DNA of 64,000 nucleotides from Antedon mediterranea (GCF_964355755.1 NC_092672.1:25426437-25490436); one strand, 5' to 3'; shown: positions 51,701 through 64,000, counted from the first letter of the stretch. Numbers and translations are program-made. Notes: generated from the letters alone by a model not told the origin.

Positions 51701-54700
51701 ATAGTATTTATTTATAGCACGATCGCCGACCGCCGTACCCCCAGCGCAAGCCCTTCTTGGCGGCCACATGTACGGTATTCGACTAGTATATTCTCCAAGT
51801 GATTATAGCATGGACCTAGCGTACACACTTCTCGGATACATAGATACTAATCGAATACAATTGTCCGTGAAAACGTGCGCCCTCTCGAAATGATCGAGCG
51901 AGGCTAGCCCACACACGTGCATGTTACACACACGGTCATGCACTCGGATGTTGCGGGTGCGAAACTCATGAATAACAAGTTGGAAACAACTTGTTGAGGC
52001 TGGGCGTGGCCGAGCCTAGGTAAGAAAAAACCTAAATAAAGCACGCTCTTGTAGATATAACAAAATGTATTATTACAATAATATTGATTACAATTTAAAA
52101 AAAAACATTGTTTTGATGAAATATAAGGTGCGTCTTATACATCGACGATATAAAAAATACCGATATTTTACTCTCAGTTAGGGAGTGCGTCTTATACACA
52201 GGTGCGACTTATACACCGAAATATACGGTAGATTAGAAAGAAGATAGATAGAAGATAGAAATCCGACTTACAAATAAACATTAAACAGTAATGAATAGGA
52301 AAGAATTAGTATGTAATAATATTTTAACGATTGTTTAATAAGGTTTATTTATCATAAGTAGTGTTAAGTACTTTTTCCATTTATTTTTTAGCAACTGCGA
52401 AAGTCAGAAGAAGATGCCAAACAAGGACTTGCACTTTGGAAAGAAAAATTGATTGAATCTGATGATGAAAGAGAAAAACTCGAAAGTAATTGCATTATTA
52501 ATGAGTTAGATACTTTGTTTTACCTCATCACCTCTCTCTCTAAAACAAAAACAATTCTCAAACCTGTCCCAGAAATAAGACTATCCCAAAACTGGCAACC
52601 TAAATCTCTTGCAAAGTTAACAAAAGAAAAACTATTCAACCATAAATAAGTTTTTCTACAACTTTCGCTAACCACAATATGATGCTAACCATAAAAACAC
52701 AATGAGAATGCAGTTTCACAAATATATTTTGAGTTTCTTAAGCTTTGTCTACACTATCAAATTAGTGTGATATGCCCAAATATGTTAGTGATATGATATC
52801 ATTATGTCCATCAGGGTACATCACATTTTTTCTTGTCACATAAAGTTTGATAGTATAGACAGCTTTATAGGCTGAAATGCCTTTGTTCAAACTTGCCAAA
52901 TTTCTGCCTGCTAAAATAATCATTCCCACTGTCGTCGTATTCCAAACAAATATTTTAATTTTATTTATCCTAGGTAAATTGCAAGAGCAGATGAAAATAA
53001 ATGAAGAACAAAATACAGAAATGAATCAAATGAAAGAAGAATATGATGCAATGAAACGAGACATGGCTCTTACAGGTATCTTGTTTTAATTCATTACAAA
53101 TTTTAGAATCTGCATTTTGGTGAGGTGACCTCAAAATGAGCAATAAAAGTGGAGGAAATTTTTTTTTAAAACAATAAAAATAAAATTTGTTGATTTAGCT
53201 TTTTGCTTATTTGTCATTTTCAGTGTTTTGCCTTTATATTAGATTTTTATTTTTAAAAATGGAATAACAGTTAGGGGAAAATGGCAAAATCAGCACTGTG
53301 GTCATGTTACAAAAAAGCAATTTAGTTTATTTATCTGATAAAACTCCTAAAAAGTAGGAAGCCTTTTTCCATTTTCTTGTTTGCATACATTTTTAATTCA
53401 ACCAAAAATTAAACTACATTTAAACTAAGATTCACTTTCTGACTAAAGAAAACATTTTTTCATTCTCTGGGGTAAAACATTTTACTTTTTCCTTTCTGCC
53501 TTCCTATCACCATTACCTCGCCGTTCATAGTCTTATATTTTAAGTTTATAAAATATGTGTATTAACTAAAACCTGTTTTTTTAGTCAAACGTCAACTACT
53601 TTTTGCGACACGAAATGACAATAAATTCTCAGGATTGTTTGATTCCCGCAAAATATTCACCTAGTGGAAAACAGACTTGTTTCTTTAAATTGGAAAATAA
53701 ACAATTTCTCATTTCTATTGTAGTTGAACGAGATAAACGCAAAGACCAGCTTTTGGAATTGCAACGATCCAAGCAAGAACGCACTGATTCAGAGCTTACT
53801 AATTTACGACAGATATATGAGCGACAGCAACGAGATGTCGCCCTCTTACAGCTAAATCTGGACAGTAAACAAGAATTACTGAAGCAGCAAAGTAACTCTT
53901 TTAAAATATCTCCGTAAGTTAACCATATCTTTGTAAGCTAAATAAAAGGAAAAATGTTAGAAGATGTTTATAACAGTTTTTGTAGAATTGTTGTAATTGA
54001 AAAATACTAGTGGTTAATTATTATACAAATAATGAATGTTTATGAGTTGAATGGTGAGAATATTTTATGAGTTGACTGTTAAGTTCAATAGAACAGGTTT
54101 TAAACGAATAAAAATATTCTAGCCATTCAACAAAAATACAAGACATTCATTAAATAGTGACCGACCATCAAACTACACTATACTACTACCACCAATTCAT
54201 TGTGCGCATGCGGAGATATTGGGACGCGATCATTACTTCCACCTGACATAGTTTTGATGGATTGTAGGTCAGGTGACGACCAATGACACATCGATTGACC
54301 TGACGTAGTTAGGTTTCCATAATTTCCATAATTCGCAACCTCTCTATTTGTTTGATAACAAACATTGATTTTTGGCCGCAGCAGCAGTTATAGACGGCGC
54401 ACTCTACAAACGAGTTTTGTGTCACAATTTACATGCATATTGCATTATAAAACAGTATCAATTTTTTTACAAAAAGATGGGTATGCAATAGTACCTTTAA
54501 TCATTTAAATGCATGGCACAAATCAACCATAGCAATTGGATACACAATCATTACATAATCTCAATTTTGTAGGCAGGTGAACTTCTTGTTGTTGCTAGCA
54601 AGAAAAGTAAATATCTCTGTGCTTTAAAGCTCAGGTACAGGCATGAATTTTAAATATAATATTTGGTTAATTGTATATTATTCAAATATTTGTAACAGAA

Positions 54701-56641
54701 ATCAAGATGAAAAAACACAAATTTCCCTTCATGGTCAAATACAAAATTTGGCAAAATTCTTCCATAAAAACCAGGAAGACTTTTTTTCAGTAGTTAGATA
54801 GGTAACCTAATGTAATAAAATGTCTGGTGACTTCCTAGAAGGTGAAAAAAGATGGTGGATATACGGTGGATAATTTTTGCTATAGCATGAAAATAAAAAT
54901 CTGAAGTTGAATAAAAATACCAGATATGTAATATTCAAGTTATATTACCTACATTTAGTCATCTGATAACATTTTTTACCACACCGTTTAGTTTTCATAG
55001 CTTTTTAAAATGCCTTTATTTACAAAATTTGTGTACAAAAGAATAGAGATTTTACTGTGTAATTTGAACTATCCCCCCACTGATAAGAAAGTGCTTATTT
55101 TCAACAAGCTCATGTAACACAAATAAAATCCCAAAAATTATGAAACATAGGTGGAAACTATAGATCGATAATTATTGGAATATATGATCAATAGAATTTT
55201 TTACCCGCACCTGGCCTTTAAAGCTATGGAATGTGGAGAATTGGAAAAGAAATTCAAATAATATTTGAATATTTATTTTCAGGTTGAAAGACGATACATC
55301 ACCATCTACCTCACCATCTAAACATTCATCCAGCAGGATTTCAAACGGTGAACATGCTAGTCCTAGTATTAGTAGCAGCCTTCAAAATACTCCAGAAAAG
55401 GCAAACAGTAGTGGCGATACAGATGATCTACTCTCTGTCCAGTCTGAGGTAATGGGAGCTTTCTAAACTACGGCATGTTAGGTCATTGTGCCCATGCAGA
55501 GTTATTGGTACATGTGCCCTTGCTCCTCACCTCAAAGCAGGTTTCTAGGTCCAGACGATGACTAACGACACATCAATTGACCTGACCTAGGTTGGTCATT
55601 TATTGTCGTTCATTGCAAATCAAAAACTTCCCACTAAAAACTACTGCATATATGCTATGTTGCTTTTGAAATTGATTACATACAGTCCTAGAAAAGATGC
55701 TTGCCCCATTGTGGGTACCCCGATCTCCTCCTCCTCCTCTCCAGGACGGTTTCAACTGTAATTTAAAACCTTCACAGTACAAATTCTGATCACTTTGATA
55801 ACACAAACCCAGAGGTGATATAACTGCAGTTTATAACCTTCCAATGCAATCATTTTGATACCCCATGTGTATGAATGCGTGCAATATGAAAATTTGAAAA
55901 AAAAATTAGTGAAAATTGTGAATTTAGATGCCATTTTGCCCACTATGTTGGATCCAAGATGGCGGCGGATAATGTTCAAAAACCTTTGGTGAAAGTGAAG
56001 TTTAATTGCTTTCATTGAGTGATTATAAAAATAATAATAAGCACATTAAAATAGTTTCTATCGATTCATCAACAATGATGATTTTCTAATAATAATTTCT
56101 TGGCTTCAAAGAGCACATAGTGTTTGAAGCACCATAGAAACCCCGCACCTTCTCCCAAAAGTATATTGTATTCAGCAGTGTCCTTCTGAACATCTCCCAT
56201 CTCTATTTTTTTCTTTTGCTTTATTTGTAGATGAACGGATCACCAACAAGTAAACTTCATCGGCTTCTGACAGAATCCAGACAAATGGTTCAAAGTCTAG
56301 AGCAAACGACTCTACCTCCATATTTTCCATCCAGAAAGGTCTGTTTAAACCTTGATATGTATTGGTTATATTAATGCTTGGAGTGAGGTGACAAATTATG
56401 CGGCTAAAAAAGCTAATACTAACTTCTATTTATTGAGCCTGTGAATATGTCCGCTTCAGATCAATTTATTAATTAATTATTATAGTTTTTCCATATGCTG
56501 GAAGTAAAGTACTCATAATTTTTATATTATATAAAATATTATTTGTGTACTTTCAGCAAAAGCAATTTTACTATTATATATGTAGTATAACATATGATAA
56601 TACATTATTTATTTATGTTATAGAATGTCAGCCCAAGTTGA
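45648..56641 (+). CDS. CCDC62: Coiled-coil domain-containing protein 62-like, 12 coding exons, 508 aa
   Basis: Exons 45648-45741, 46829-47043, 47935-48127, 49372-49538, 49985-50086, 50874-50951, 52392-52485, 52974-53075, 53724-53913, 55283-55448, 56231-56338, 56624-56641. All introns are GT-AG with matching phases; total 1527 nt. Peptides QKQRKELQLMISELQDRDRELNEMV, ERDKRKDQLL..SKQERTDSELTNLRQIY and SPTSKLHRLLTESRQMV match vertebrate CCDC62 as recalled. Confidence 0.9.
45900..46665 (-). mobile_element. Degenerate RTE-clade LINE fragment in CCDC62 intron
   Basis: RRGVHQGDTKSPKLF, GININGSNLSHLCFADDIV, GMKMNMSKTKAM, IYLGQ; frameshifted. Confidence 0.88.
46829..47043 (+). CDS. CCDC62: CCDC62-like coding exon 2 (Ser/Pro-rich)
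   Basis: TTTTATAG...CAG|GTAAGT, open frame. Confidence 0.82.
47935..48127 (+). CDS. CCDC62: CCDC62-like coding exon 3
   Basis: NYVSDIEMSTVQKQRKELQL...NRFE. Confidence 0.92.
48308..49271. mobile_element. hAT-like MITE hosting a nested element
   Basis: 14-bp TIR CAGACCTCCCAACT / AGTTGGGAGGTCTG; no clean TSD. Confidence 0.6.
48607..49195. mobile_element. 589-bp fold-back MITE with CAGAGCCATATATA termini and 8-bp TSD
   Basis: GTTGATGT[CAGAGCCATATATAGAGAGAGTTACG...CGTAACTCTCTCTATATATGGCTCTG]GTTGGTGT; imperfect inverted arms extend ~260 bp. Confidence 0.88.
49372..49538 (+). CDS. CCDC62: CCDC62-like coding exon 4
   Basis: ELRDKNEHLKGLTTRLKVLE...QDLE|GTAAAG. Confidence 0.9.
49985..50086 (+). CDS. 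CCDC62: CCDC62-like coding exon 5
   Basis: DKNNDLYEAVQDFSARIGQLEAKEEELTTIIKLK|GTATGT. Confidence 0.9.
50575..50825 (-). mobile_element. Old RTE-like LINE 3' fragment
   Basis: Minus strand encodes VEVVMRRRLRWMGNVLRK and a later WPKMTW, resembling the RTE C-terminal RRLRWxGHVLR...RPKxTW motifs. Confidence 0.55.
50874..50951 (+). CDS. CCDC62: CCDC62-like coding exon 6
   Basis: DKDLIEVSTHLNDLTGKLKKLDAAYK|GTAGGT. Confidence 0.88.
51431..52228. mobile_element. Tc1/mariner (Tc2/pogo-type) non-autonomous element
   Basis: TA[CCGTATATTTCGGTGTATAAGTCGCAC...GTGCGACTTATACACCGAAATATACGG]TA: 27-bp perfect TIR, TA TSD, subterminal GTGCGTCTTATACA repeats. Confidence 0.92.
52392..52485 (+). CDS. CCDC62: CCDC62-like coding exon 7
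   Basis: QLRKSEEDAKQGLALWKEKLIESDDEREKLE, phase-1 donor. Confidence 0.85.
52741..52865. mobile_element. Small Harbinger/Tourist-like MITE
   Basis: AGCTTTGTCTACACTATCAAA...TTTGATAGTATAGACAGCT in TAA/TTA context; a shorter relative lies at ~10600-10647. Confidence 0.6.
52974..53075 (+). CDS. CCDC62: CCDC62-like coding exon 8
   Basis: KLQEQMKINEEQNTEMNQMKEEYDAMKRDMALT. Confidence 0.87.
53724..53913 (+). CDS. CCDC62: CCDC62-like coding exon 9
   Basis: ERDKRKDQLLELQRSKQERTDSELTNLRQIYERQQRD..., donor GTAAGT phase 2. Confidence 0.92.
55283..55448 (+). CDS. CCDC62: CCDC62-like coding exon 10 (Ser-rich)
   Basis: TTTTCAG acceptor phase 2, LKDDTSPSTSPS...QSE|GTAATG. Confidence 0.82.
56231..56338 (+). 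CDS. CCDC62: CCDC62-like coding exon 11
   Basis: MNGSPTSKLHRLLTESRQMVQSLEQTTLPPYFPSRK. Confidence 0.88.
56624..56641 (+). CDS. CCDC62: CCDC62-like last coding exon (NVSPS*)
   Basis: TTATAG acceptor, phase 0, TGA; short, so less certain. Confidence 0.55.
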   Translation, partial: NVSPS

Positions 56642-56794
56642 ACTGAGAATATCTGACCTTTTTTCCTCCAATCCTGCACACCATCTGGGACGTTCATTCT
56701 TGATTTGAATCCGCTTTGAATAATAACAAGTTGTGAGGACCTTTGAAATCTCAAGACAAATTTATAACATTGGGACATTTTACGGTAACTGCAG

Positions 56795-58215
56795 TATTTT
56801 GATTGCATTCCATAGTTGTTGCAAACCTGAAGGTTGCATTGCAAAATGGTTGCATTCTATAGTGGTTGCAAACCTGAAGGTTGCATTGCAAAATGGTTGC
56901 ATTCTATAGTGGTTGCAAACCTGAATGGTTGCATTGCAAAATGGTTGCATTGTATAGTGGTTGCAAACCTGAATTCTGGCATTCCATAATGGTTGCGTTT
57001 TATAGTGGTTGCAAACCTGAATGTTTGCATTCCATAATGGTTGCATTCCTTAGTGGTTGCAAACCTGAATGGTTGCATTACATAATGGTTGCATTCTATA
57101 GTGGTTGCAAACCTAAATTCTTGCATTCCATAATAGTTGCATTCTATAGTGGTTGCAAACCTGAATGTTTGCATTCCATAATGGTTGCATTCCTTAGTGG
57201 TTGCAAACCTGAATGGTTGCATTACATAATGGTTGCATTCTATAGTGGTTGCAAACCTAAATTCTTGCATTCCATAATAGTTGCATTCTATAGTGGATGC
57301 AAACCTGAATGTTTGCATTCCATAATGGTTGCATTCCTTAGTGGTTGCAAACCTGAATGGTTGCATTACATAATGGTTGCATTCTATAGTGGTTGCAAAC
57401 CTAAATTCTTGCATTCCATAATAGTTGCATTCCTTAGTGGTTGCAAACCTGAATGGTTGCATTACATAATAGTTGCATTCTATAGTGGTTGCAAACCTGA
57501 ATGGTTGCATTACATAATAGTTGCATTCTATAGTGGTTGCACACCTGAATTCTTCCTTTCTATAATGGTTGCATTCCATAGGGGTTGATAAACCTGAATG
57601 GTTGCATTCCATAATGGTTGCATTCTATAGTGGTTGCAAACCTGAATTCTTGCATTCCATAATGGTTGCATTTTATAGTGGTTGCAAACCTGAATGTTTG
57701 CATTCCATAATGGTTGCATTCCATAGTGGTTGCATTCCATAGTGGTTGCAAACCTGAATGGTTGCGTTCCATAATGGTTGCATTCCATAGTGGTTCCAAA
57801 CCTGAATGGTTGCATTCCATAATGGTTGCATTCCATAGTGGTTCCAAACCAAAATGGTTGCATTCCATAGTGGTTGCAAACCTGGATGATTGCATTCCAT
57901 AATTGTTGCATTCCATAATGTTTGCATTGTATAGTGGTTGCAAACCTGAATTCTTGCTTTCCATAATTGTTGCATTCCATAATGTTTGCATTGTATAGTG
58001 GTTGCAAACCTGAATTCTTGCATTCCATAATGGTTGCATTCCATAATGGTTGCAAACCTGAATTCTTGCTTTCCATAATGGTTGCATTCCATAATGGTAG
58101 CATTCTATAGTAGCTGCAAACCTGAATGGTTGCATTCCATAATTGTTATTACATTCAATAACAATTGCATAATGTTTTCATTGCACACTGGATGCTTTCT
58201 ATAATGGTTGCATTT
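56795..58215. repeat. Minisatellite: 16-bp subunit (TGGTTGCATTCCATAA), 48-bp unit, 144-bp higher-order block
   Basis: Unit TAGTGGTTGCAAACCTGAATGGTTGCATTCCATAATGGTTGCATTCTA; the ORF track shows 16-aa periodicity and a 48-aa super-period. Confidence 0.97.
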
Positions 58216-59685
58216 TACAGACTGGTTGTACATATATCAAAAGTACTAGTAATGTCAGTACTGTCGTTTTATAATGTATTTTTAAATTGTTTTTAAAACT
58301 GTTTTTGTTTTGAGGCTGTAGATATTGTCATTATGACGTGTTTATGATTTGTGGTTTTTTGTAGTTTCTGTTTTGTTTCCGTGATAAATTGTTATTAGTA
58401 ATACAGTACTCTGTAACTAGTATTTTTTTAACGAAGTGCAGGTTAAAAAGCATGCACTATAAATGTCAACATGTGAATCTAATTTTTTACCTTGATTATG
58501 TAAATTTGTATAAATACTGAAAAATGAAATTAAAACAAATTAAATGAAAGTATTAAACATTAGAATAGATTTTGAACATAGGTGCTATTCTCCAGGAACA
58601 AAATTATTGACATTTTACCAAAAAATGATAAGTTGATATGAATAGATAAGTGGAGTTAGCTTAGTGGTTGGATTAATTACTCCACTACTATTGTAGCACG
58701 GATACTTTACACCTTTACGTCTTATGCCTATCGAGTAAAAAGATAATCTGCGCACACTCAGAAACACTAGAGCATGCGTAGAATAATCTTTTTACTTGTG
58801 TAAACGGAATATTGAGACTCGATTTATTTGCCACGCCGATGCGCGTCAGAACCTAGGCAGGTGTGTAAAAGATCATTAAGACTTTTTTTATGCAAGTTCC
58901 TTTTGTGTGCGTGACATATGTCTGTTGTTTTTTCAATCATTGTCAGTATTATATTCGGACAATTATGTGTTTGCTATTTCTCCAAATAAAATAGATGAAC
59001 AATAATACAGTAATATGTGCTACGACGAACCCACCACAATGCAGTATTAATGTTTATTCTATGGCAAACCTGATAGTAATGTAATTATATGTTAATTAAG
59101 GTTTACAAATAGAATTTCCTCTCTTTAAGATTAAAAAATTCATTTGTCATTGTTTGCAGTATAATTTATTCATATTGTTTATTAGAATACTCATATTTAT
59201 GAAATTTCAAAGAAAAAAGAGTGTAGGAATGTGTACTGTACAATACGATTTCCTGAATTAGGGCATCCGTAACAATAGACTGTATTTTAAATAGAATTAG
59301 TGGATTGCATTGTTTTTGTTAAGCCTATAGCTCATATGGACATTACTGTGATTGCGTGCGATTCGTACCCAGATCGAAACATCGCTAGTTATGTCAAAAC
59401 TAATACAGTATAAACTTATAAAGTTAAATTAACTATGTCCCTTCTGTTATTTCAAATCCGATCAGACAGTAGTTAAGGTTGCTACACACTAATTGTTCTA
59501 TTATCTACCTGTATATACCTGTATATATAATTTTCTTGAGAACTTATATATAGAAATAGAGAAGGCCCAAGTTAAGATTTATTTTGTCAAATCAACACAC
59601 CGAATAGTACATTCTTTGCCATTCAATATCACATGCCGTTCCGTTTTTTATTTCTTAGTTCAATTCAATTAAACGGTCAGTTTAA

Positions 59686-60012
59686 GCTTAGTTTCCCACT
59701 AGGAGGCAACGCAAAGATGTAAGCGCAATGACAAGAAACAGTTTTTTTAATTTCTTGCTCGATCGTATGTCCTAGTGGGAATCAAACTTTATAATTAATT
59801 TTTTTTTGTTACACGATGGGATATAAAGTAATGCGCGACCACGACTACCGGTTATCTGCGGGTATAAACTGCAAAACTAGAGACGCAACGCAACGATGTA
59901 ACGTAGCGTAAGTGATTTGACCAATCACAAGCGATGGAATATTCGAACATTGGTCAACTCGCTTGCTTTACGTCTACGTCCCTGCGTGGCGTTCCAGTGG
60001 AAACCAGTATTT
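59686..60012. mobile_element. Two small Harbinger-like MITE remnants
   Basis: AGCTTAGTTTCCCACTAG...CTAGTGGGAATCAAACT (~59686-59789) and a related ACTAGAGACGCAACGCAA...CCAGTGGAAACCAG (~59875-60007). Confidence 0.5.
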
Positions 60013-60691
60013 AAAGGTAACATTCTATCTTTCAATTCTCCCCGTTCAACTAATAAATATGCATTACAATAATTTGTATTTTAACGTACATACACAGTAT
60101 GTGTGAATTGCTCCCCCCCCCCCCCTCTCGCCGGATATGGTATGGTCCAGTACTTATATTTTAGATTGTTGTGATGTGATTTTGCTAGCCCTGAAAATAT
60201 ATGTTTATGATGAAATGTTATTCGTTCAAGTACTGTCATGTCAAGCGTTATTCTATAATCAGTTTTGTTCCTTGTTTCGCTATACTGTACTACATTCCGT
60301 GTTTGTGCATCCACTTGGTGGTTACATTTCTACGGGGTGCCGTCCGTCATATATTTGCATAATCGATGGCGAAAGACAAAAAAAAAAAATGATTGCGCTA
60401 TATCAAACCATAGTTAGGGCGTATATAATTAGTAGACTGACTGATTTTTATAATATTTTTTATAAAAAAAAACCAATAATGGTAAGACAAGCTATGGTTT
60501 GACAAACCATAGTTCATTGTAAAGGCCAATACACAGACGAGCGGTAACGTTTTTTATGTTTTAATACTCATTACTCATCACAATATTCTTTACATTTTCC
60601 AAACCATTGTGTCCAAATTTTGATCAATTATTGTCGTACCGGGTTTCTAAGATCAAGTTTAAAATGGTGGTGTTCTTGACAAAAGCCAAAA

Positions 60692-63600
60692 TAAACTAGA
60701 CATGAAACTCATCACTTTGACGAGTTAGTTATCCGTACCACGACAAACACCACGTGCACGTCATACGTTGGAATATTGCACACAGATAAAGATTATGGCA
60801 TTATGACAAGAACTGAAGAATATGATATGCTGTTAGTGCTGAATTCTGTCAATTTTGTGTCATATAGTATATACATGCAAACAGTATAATCTGTATACAT
60901 ATTACATACAGTGTAGAATAGGTGAAATTACGGGATCCGCCATTTATTCCAATTTTTAACATGGCGACGGTATCAAAATGAAACACTTAGATAGCAATTT
61001 CAGAAGGAAATTATCTTAGGAATAACATATTAACGTGTAGAAGAAATTTGAATACGTAAAATATAGATGCGCACCCTTTTAAATGTGATGAACTATTACG
61101 CAAAATATGAAAATACAACTTTTTTTATTCAACTGGCCATATGATGACGTCACAACATCCGATTGGCAAAATGTTTACATGAATTCGTATCTACAATCCA
61201 ATAGCTTCCAGAAAACGTTTTAATCTCTATTATCACATTTTATTCTTACGAGCTATTACAGAATAAAATTTACTGTAAAGATGAAATTAATGACCCACGT
61301 AATTAAAATTTTTAGGCATGATGACGTCATAAAAATTAAAATATTTTTATCTCATGCTAAAGAAAGTTGATTGACCTACACAATATATAAATGTAGGAGA
61401 AAAAGGAATACAGATAAGCGTGATGCGCTTCATTGAATGTGATGAGCAATAACGAAAGAGACAAAAATCCTATATTTTACATTCGTGTGGCCATACGATG
61501 ACGTCACAATGTTTTTTTAGCCTTATCGATGCATGATCTGATATCTACAACTCATCAACTTCTAGATTTTGTAATAAAAATAAACGGTTCACGGTTTACT
61601 TTAGAAACTATGACTGTTTAAAAAAAGACAACATTTTGACGATTTTTTAAGCTTTTTCATAAAAAACGCGCATGAAATGTTTAATTCAACGTGTTCGTAT
61701 GGCGTTATTTAAATTTGAAAAGGTCTAAATTGTTTTCAAAATTACTAGGAAAGGCTTGAAAAATATAATTCAAGAGAAAAAAATATGTTTTTAACGCTAC
61801 GTGCGCACCGCGTGCGTAAAAATTTGCGCGCACGTGGGAATTTTTGACATGCTCAAAATGACAAGAAACGCATAAAAAGTTGATTAGAAATTAATTTTGT
61901 GCGCGCGTAACTTCTTGTGAAACATGCCATTTTTAATCCGTAGAAAGTTTGCCCCTGATATGACTTAAATTTTGTCAAAGTGTCAATACTAAATGACTTT
62001 TGGTTTTTAATCTATGATCAATCATTGAAATTCATAAAATTGCGCGTAAGTCACGTTGCGCAACTATGACGTCATTCAAAAATAGGAGGTGCACAACTTC
62101 ACGTAAATGCCCATATGTTGTCAAAGTTATGAAATGTTATGTTTACACATTTTAGAGAAACGCGATCCACAAAAAGGAAGGATGGAAAGAAGAACTAGAC
62201 ATGAAACTCGTCACTTTGACGAGTTAGTTATCCGCACGACAAACGCAACGTGCACGTCATACGTTGGTATATTGGACACAGAAAAAGATTATGGCATTAT
62301 GACCTGAACTGAAGAATATGATATGTTGTTATTGCTGAATTCTGTTATTTTGTGTCATATAGTATACACAGTACAATCTGTATACATATCACATACAGTG
62401 TAGAATAGATGAAATTGCGGGATCTGCTATTTATTCCAATTTTTAAAATGTTGACGGTTTCAAAATGAAACGTGAATGTAGCAATTTCGGAAGGAAATTA
62501 TCTCAGCAGAAACATATTAATAAATACGTGAAATATTAATGCGCGCTCTTTTAAATGTAATGAACTATACGCAAAAGATGAAAATATGACTTTGTTTATT
62601 TAACTGGCCATATGATGACGTCACAACATCTGATTGGCAAAAAGTTCACATGATTTTGTATCTACAATACAATAGCTTCCTGAAAACGTTTTAATCGTGA
62701 TTATCACATTTTATTCTTACGAGCTATAACAGATTAAAATTTACTGTAAAGATGAAATTAATCACCAACGTAATTTAAATTTTTAGGCATGATGACGTTA
62801 AAAAAATTAAAAAAATTTTAATTCATGCAAAAGATTGATTGAACAAGATTATATTAAAATCGGGGTGAAAATGGACAACGAATAAGTGGAGATGTGCTCT
62901 ATTAAATGTGATGAGCAATAACGAAAGAGACAAAAATCCTATATTTTACATTCGTGTGGCCATACGATGACGTCACAATGTCCGGTTAGCCATATTAATG
63001 CATGATCCGATATCTACAACTCATCAACTTCCAGAATATGTAATTAAAAAAAAGTTCTCCACGTAGTTTAGAATCTATGACTGTTTAAAAAAAGGCATAA
63101 TTTTGACGAATTTTTGAACTTTTTTATAAAAAACGCACGTAAAGTATCCAATTCAACGTGCCCGTATGACGTAATTGTAAGTCGAAATTGTTTTAAAATT
63201 GGTAAAATTACTATAAAAGGCTGGAAAAACATAATTCAATAAAAAAAAATACTTTTAGCGCTACGTGCGCACCACGCGCATACAATTGTTCGAGCGCGTA
63301 GGAAATTTTGACATGCTCAAAATGTCATGATCAGCGTAGAAAGTTGATTAAAAATTAATTTTGCGCATTTTGAATTTTAAATGCGCGTGCGCCCGTAACT
63401 TTGTGTAAAACAAGCAATTTTTTTCCACAGAAAGTTAGCGCATGATATAAATTAAACTTTTGCTAAGTTTCAATTTAAATTGTTATATGGTTTTCAATCT
63501 ATGTTAAATACGCAAAATTCATAAAATCGCGCGTAAGTCACGTTGCGCATTTCTGACGTCATTCACAATAGGAGGTGCACAACTTCACGTGAATGGCCAT

Positions 63601-63908
63601 ATGTTGACAAAGTTATGAAATATTATGTTTACACGTTTTTGAGATACGCGAGACACAAAAGTAGAAGAGAAATGCGCGTTCGCGCGTAACGTCTTGTAAA
63701 ACATGGCATTTTTAATCCACAAAAAGTTTGCCCTTGATATGACTTAAATTTTCACAAAGTGTCAAAACAAATTTATGCTTGGTTTTTAGTCTATGATCAA
63801 TCATAAAAAATCATAAAATCGCACGGATAACTAATAATACAGAAAAAAACTGTTGATCTCATACAATAACAAGGAGTTATCCGCTTGGTATACCAAGCGG
63901 ATAACTAA
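60692..63908 (-). mobile_element. Helentron-associated HINE-like element as a tandem of two ~1.5-kb units
   Basis: 3' end AACTAGACATGAAACTC(A/G)TCACTTTGACGAGTTAGTTATCCG (stem-loop + subTIR) at 60694 and 62193, period 1499. The 5' end is the 32-bp perfect palindrome AGTTATCCGCTTGGTATACCAAGCGGATAACT at 63875-63906, carrying the same subTIR. Confidence 0.82.
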
Positions 63909-64000
63909 CAAATAATAAATTAAACATCTCGCTATAATGACCTAAAGACTTGTCTGGCGTTTCATACGTACTGTACCATATTTCCGGGTTTTGTTTATAA

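Noticed and set aside
56780-58135. Long overlapping Cys/His-rich ORFs on both strands (up to 251 aa)
   Set aside because: They are explained by a 48-bp repeat unit lacking stops in several frames. There is no unique flanking coding sequence or splice support.
58733-58797. Short inverted repeat AGTAAAAAGATAAT...ATAATCTTTTTACT
   Set aside because: Likely a MITE remnant, but it has no TSD and no second copy in the window.
60137-60502. 121-aa plus-strand ORF
   Set aside because: No domain motif, no splice context, intergenic-like composition.

Overview
AT-rich, intron-containing eukaryotic DNA, probably from a marine invertebrate. The TAGGCCTA-rich tracts and a Deu/Nin-type SINE suggest an echinoderm-like genome (inference). 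Two host loci are visible. One is a PAN/apple + fibrinogen-C (FReD) gene at about 3.0-6.1 kb, followed by decayed paralog exons. The other is a complete 12-coding-exon CCDC62-like coiled-coil gene (45648-56641, 508 aa by manual splicing) with a minisatellite just after its stop codon. Between them lies a ~22-kb satellite of ~525-bp hairpin-rich units with higher-order repeats. It is interrupted by a TTAA (Kolobok-like) MITE, a Helentron-type HINE carrying four tRNA-Val-derived cassettes, a 5'-truncated CR1-group LINE and a Helitron. Other elements: an inverted Penelope-like GIY-YIG retroelement in (TA)n with hammerhead-ribozyme motifs, tandem Helitrons and HINEs, RTE fragments, several MITEs, and 22-24-bp perfect palindromes with 8-bp target-site duplications, one of which shares termini with a 589-bp MITE in the window. 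All calls come from reading the sequence by eye; no database searches were run.
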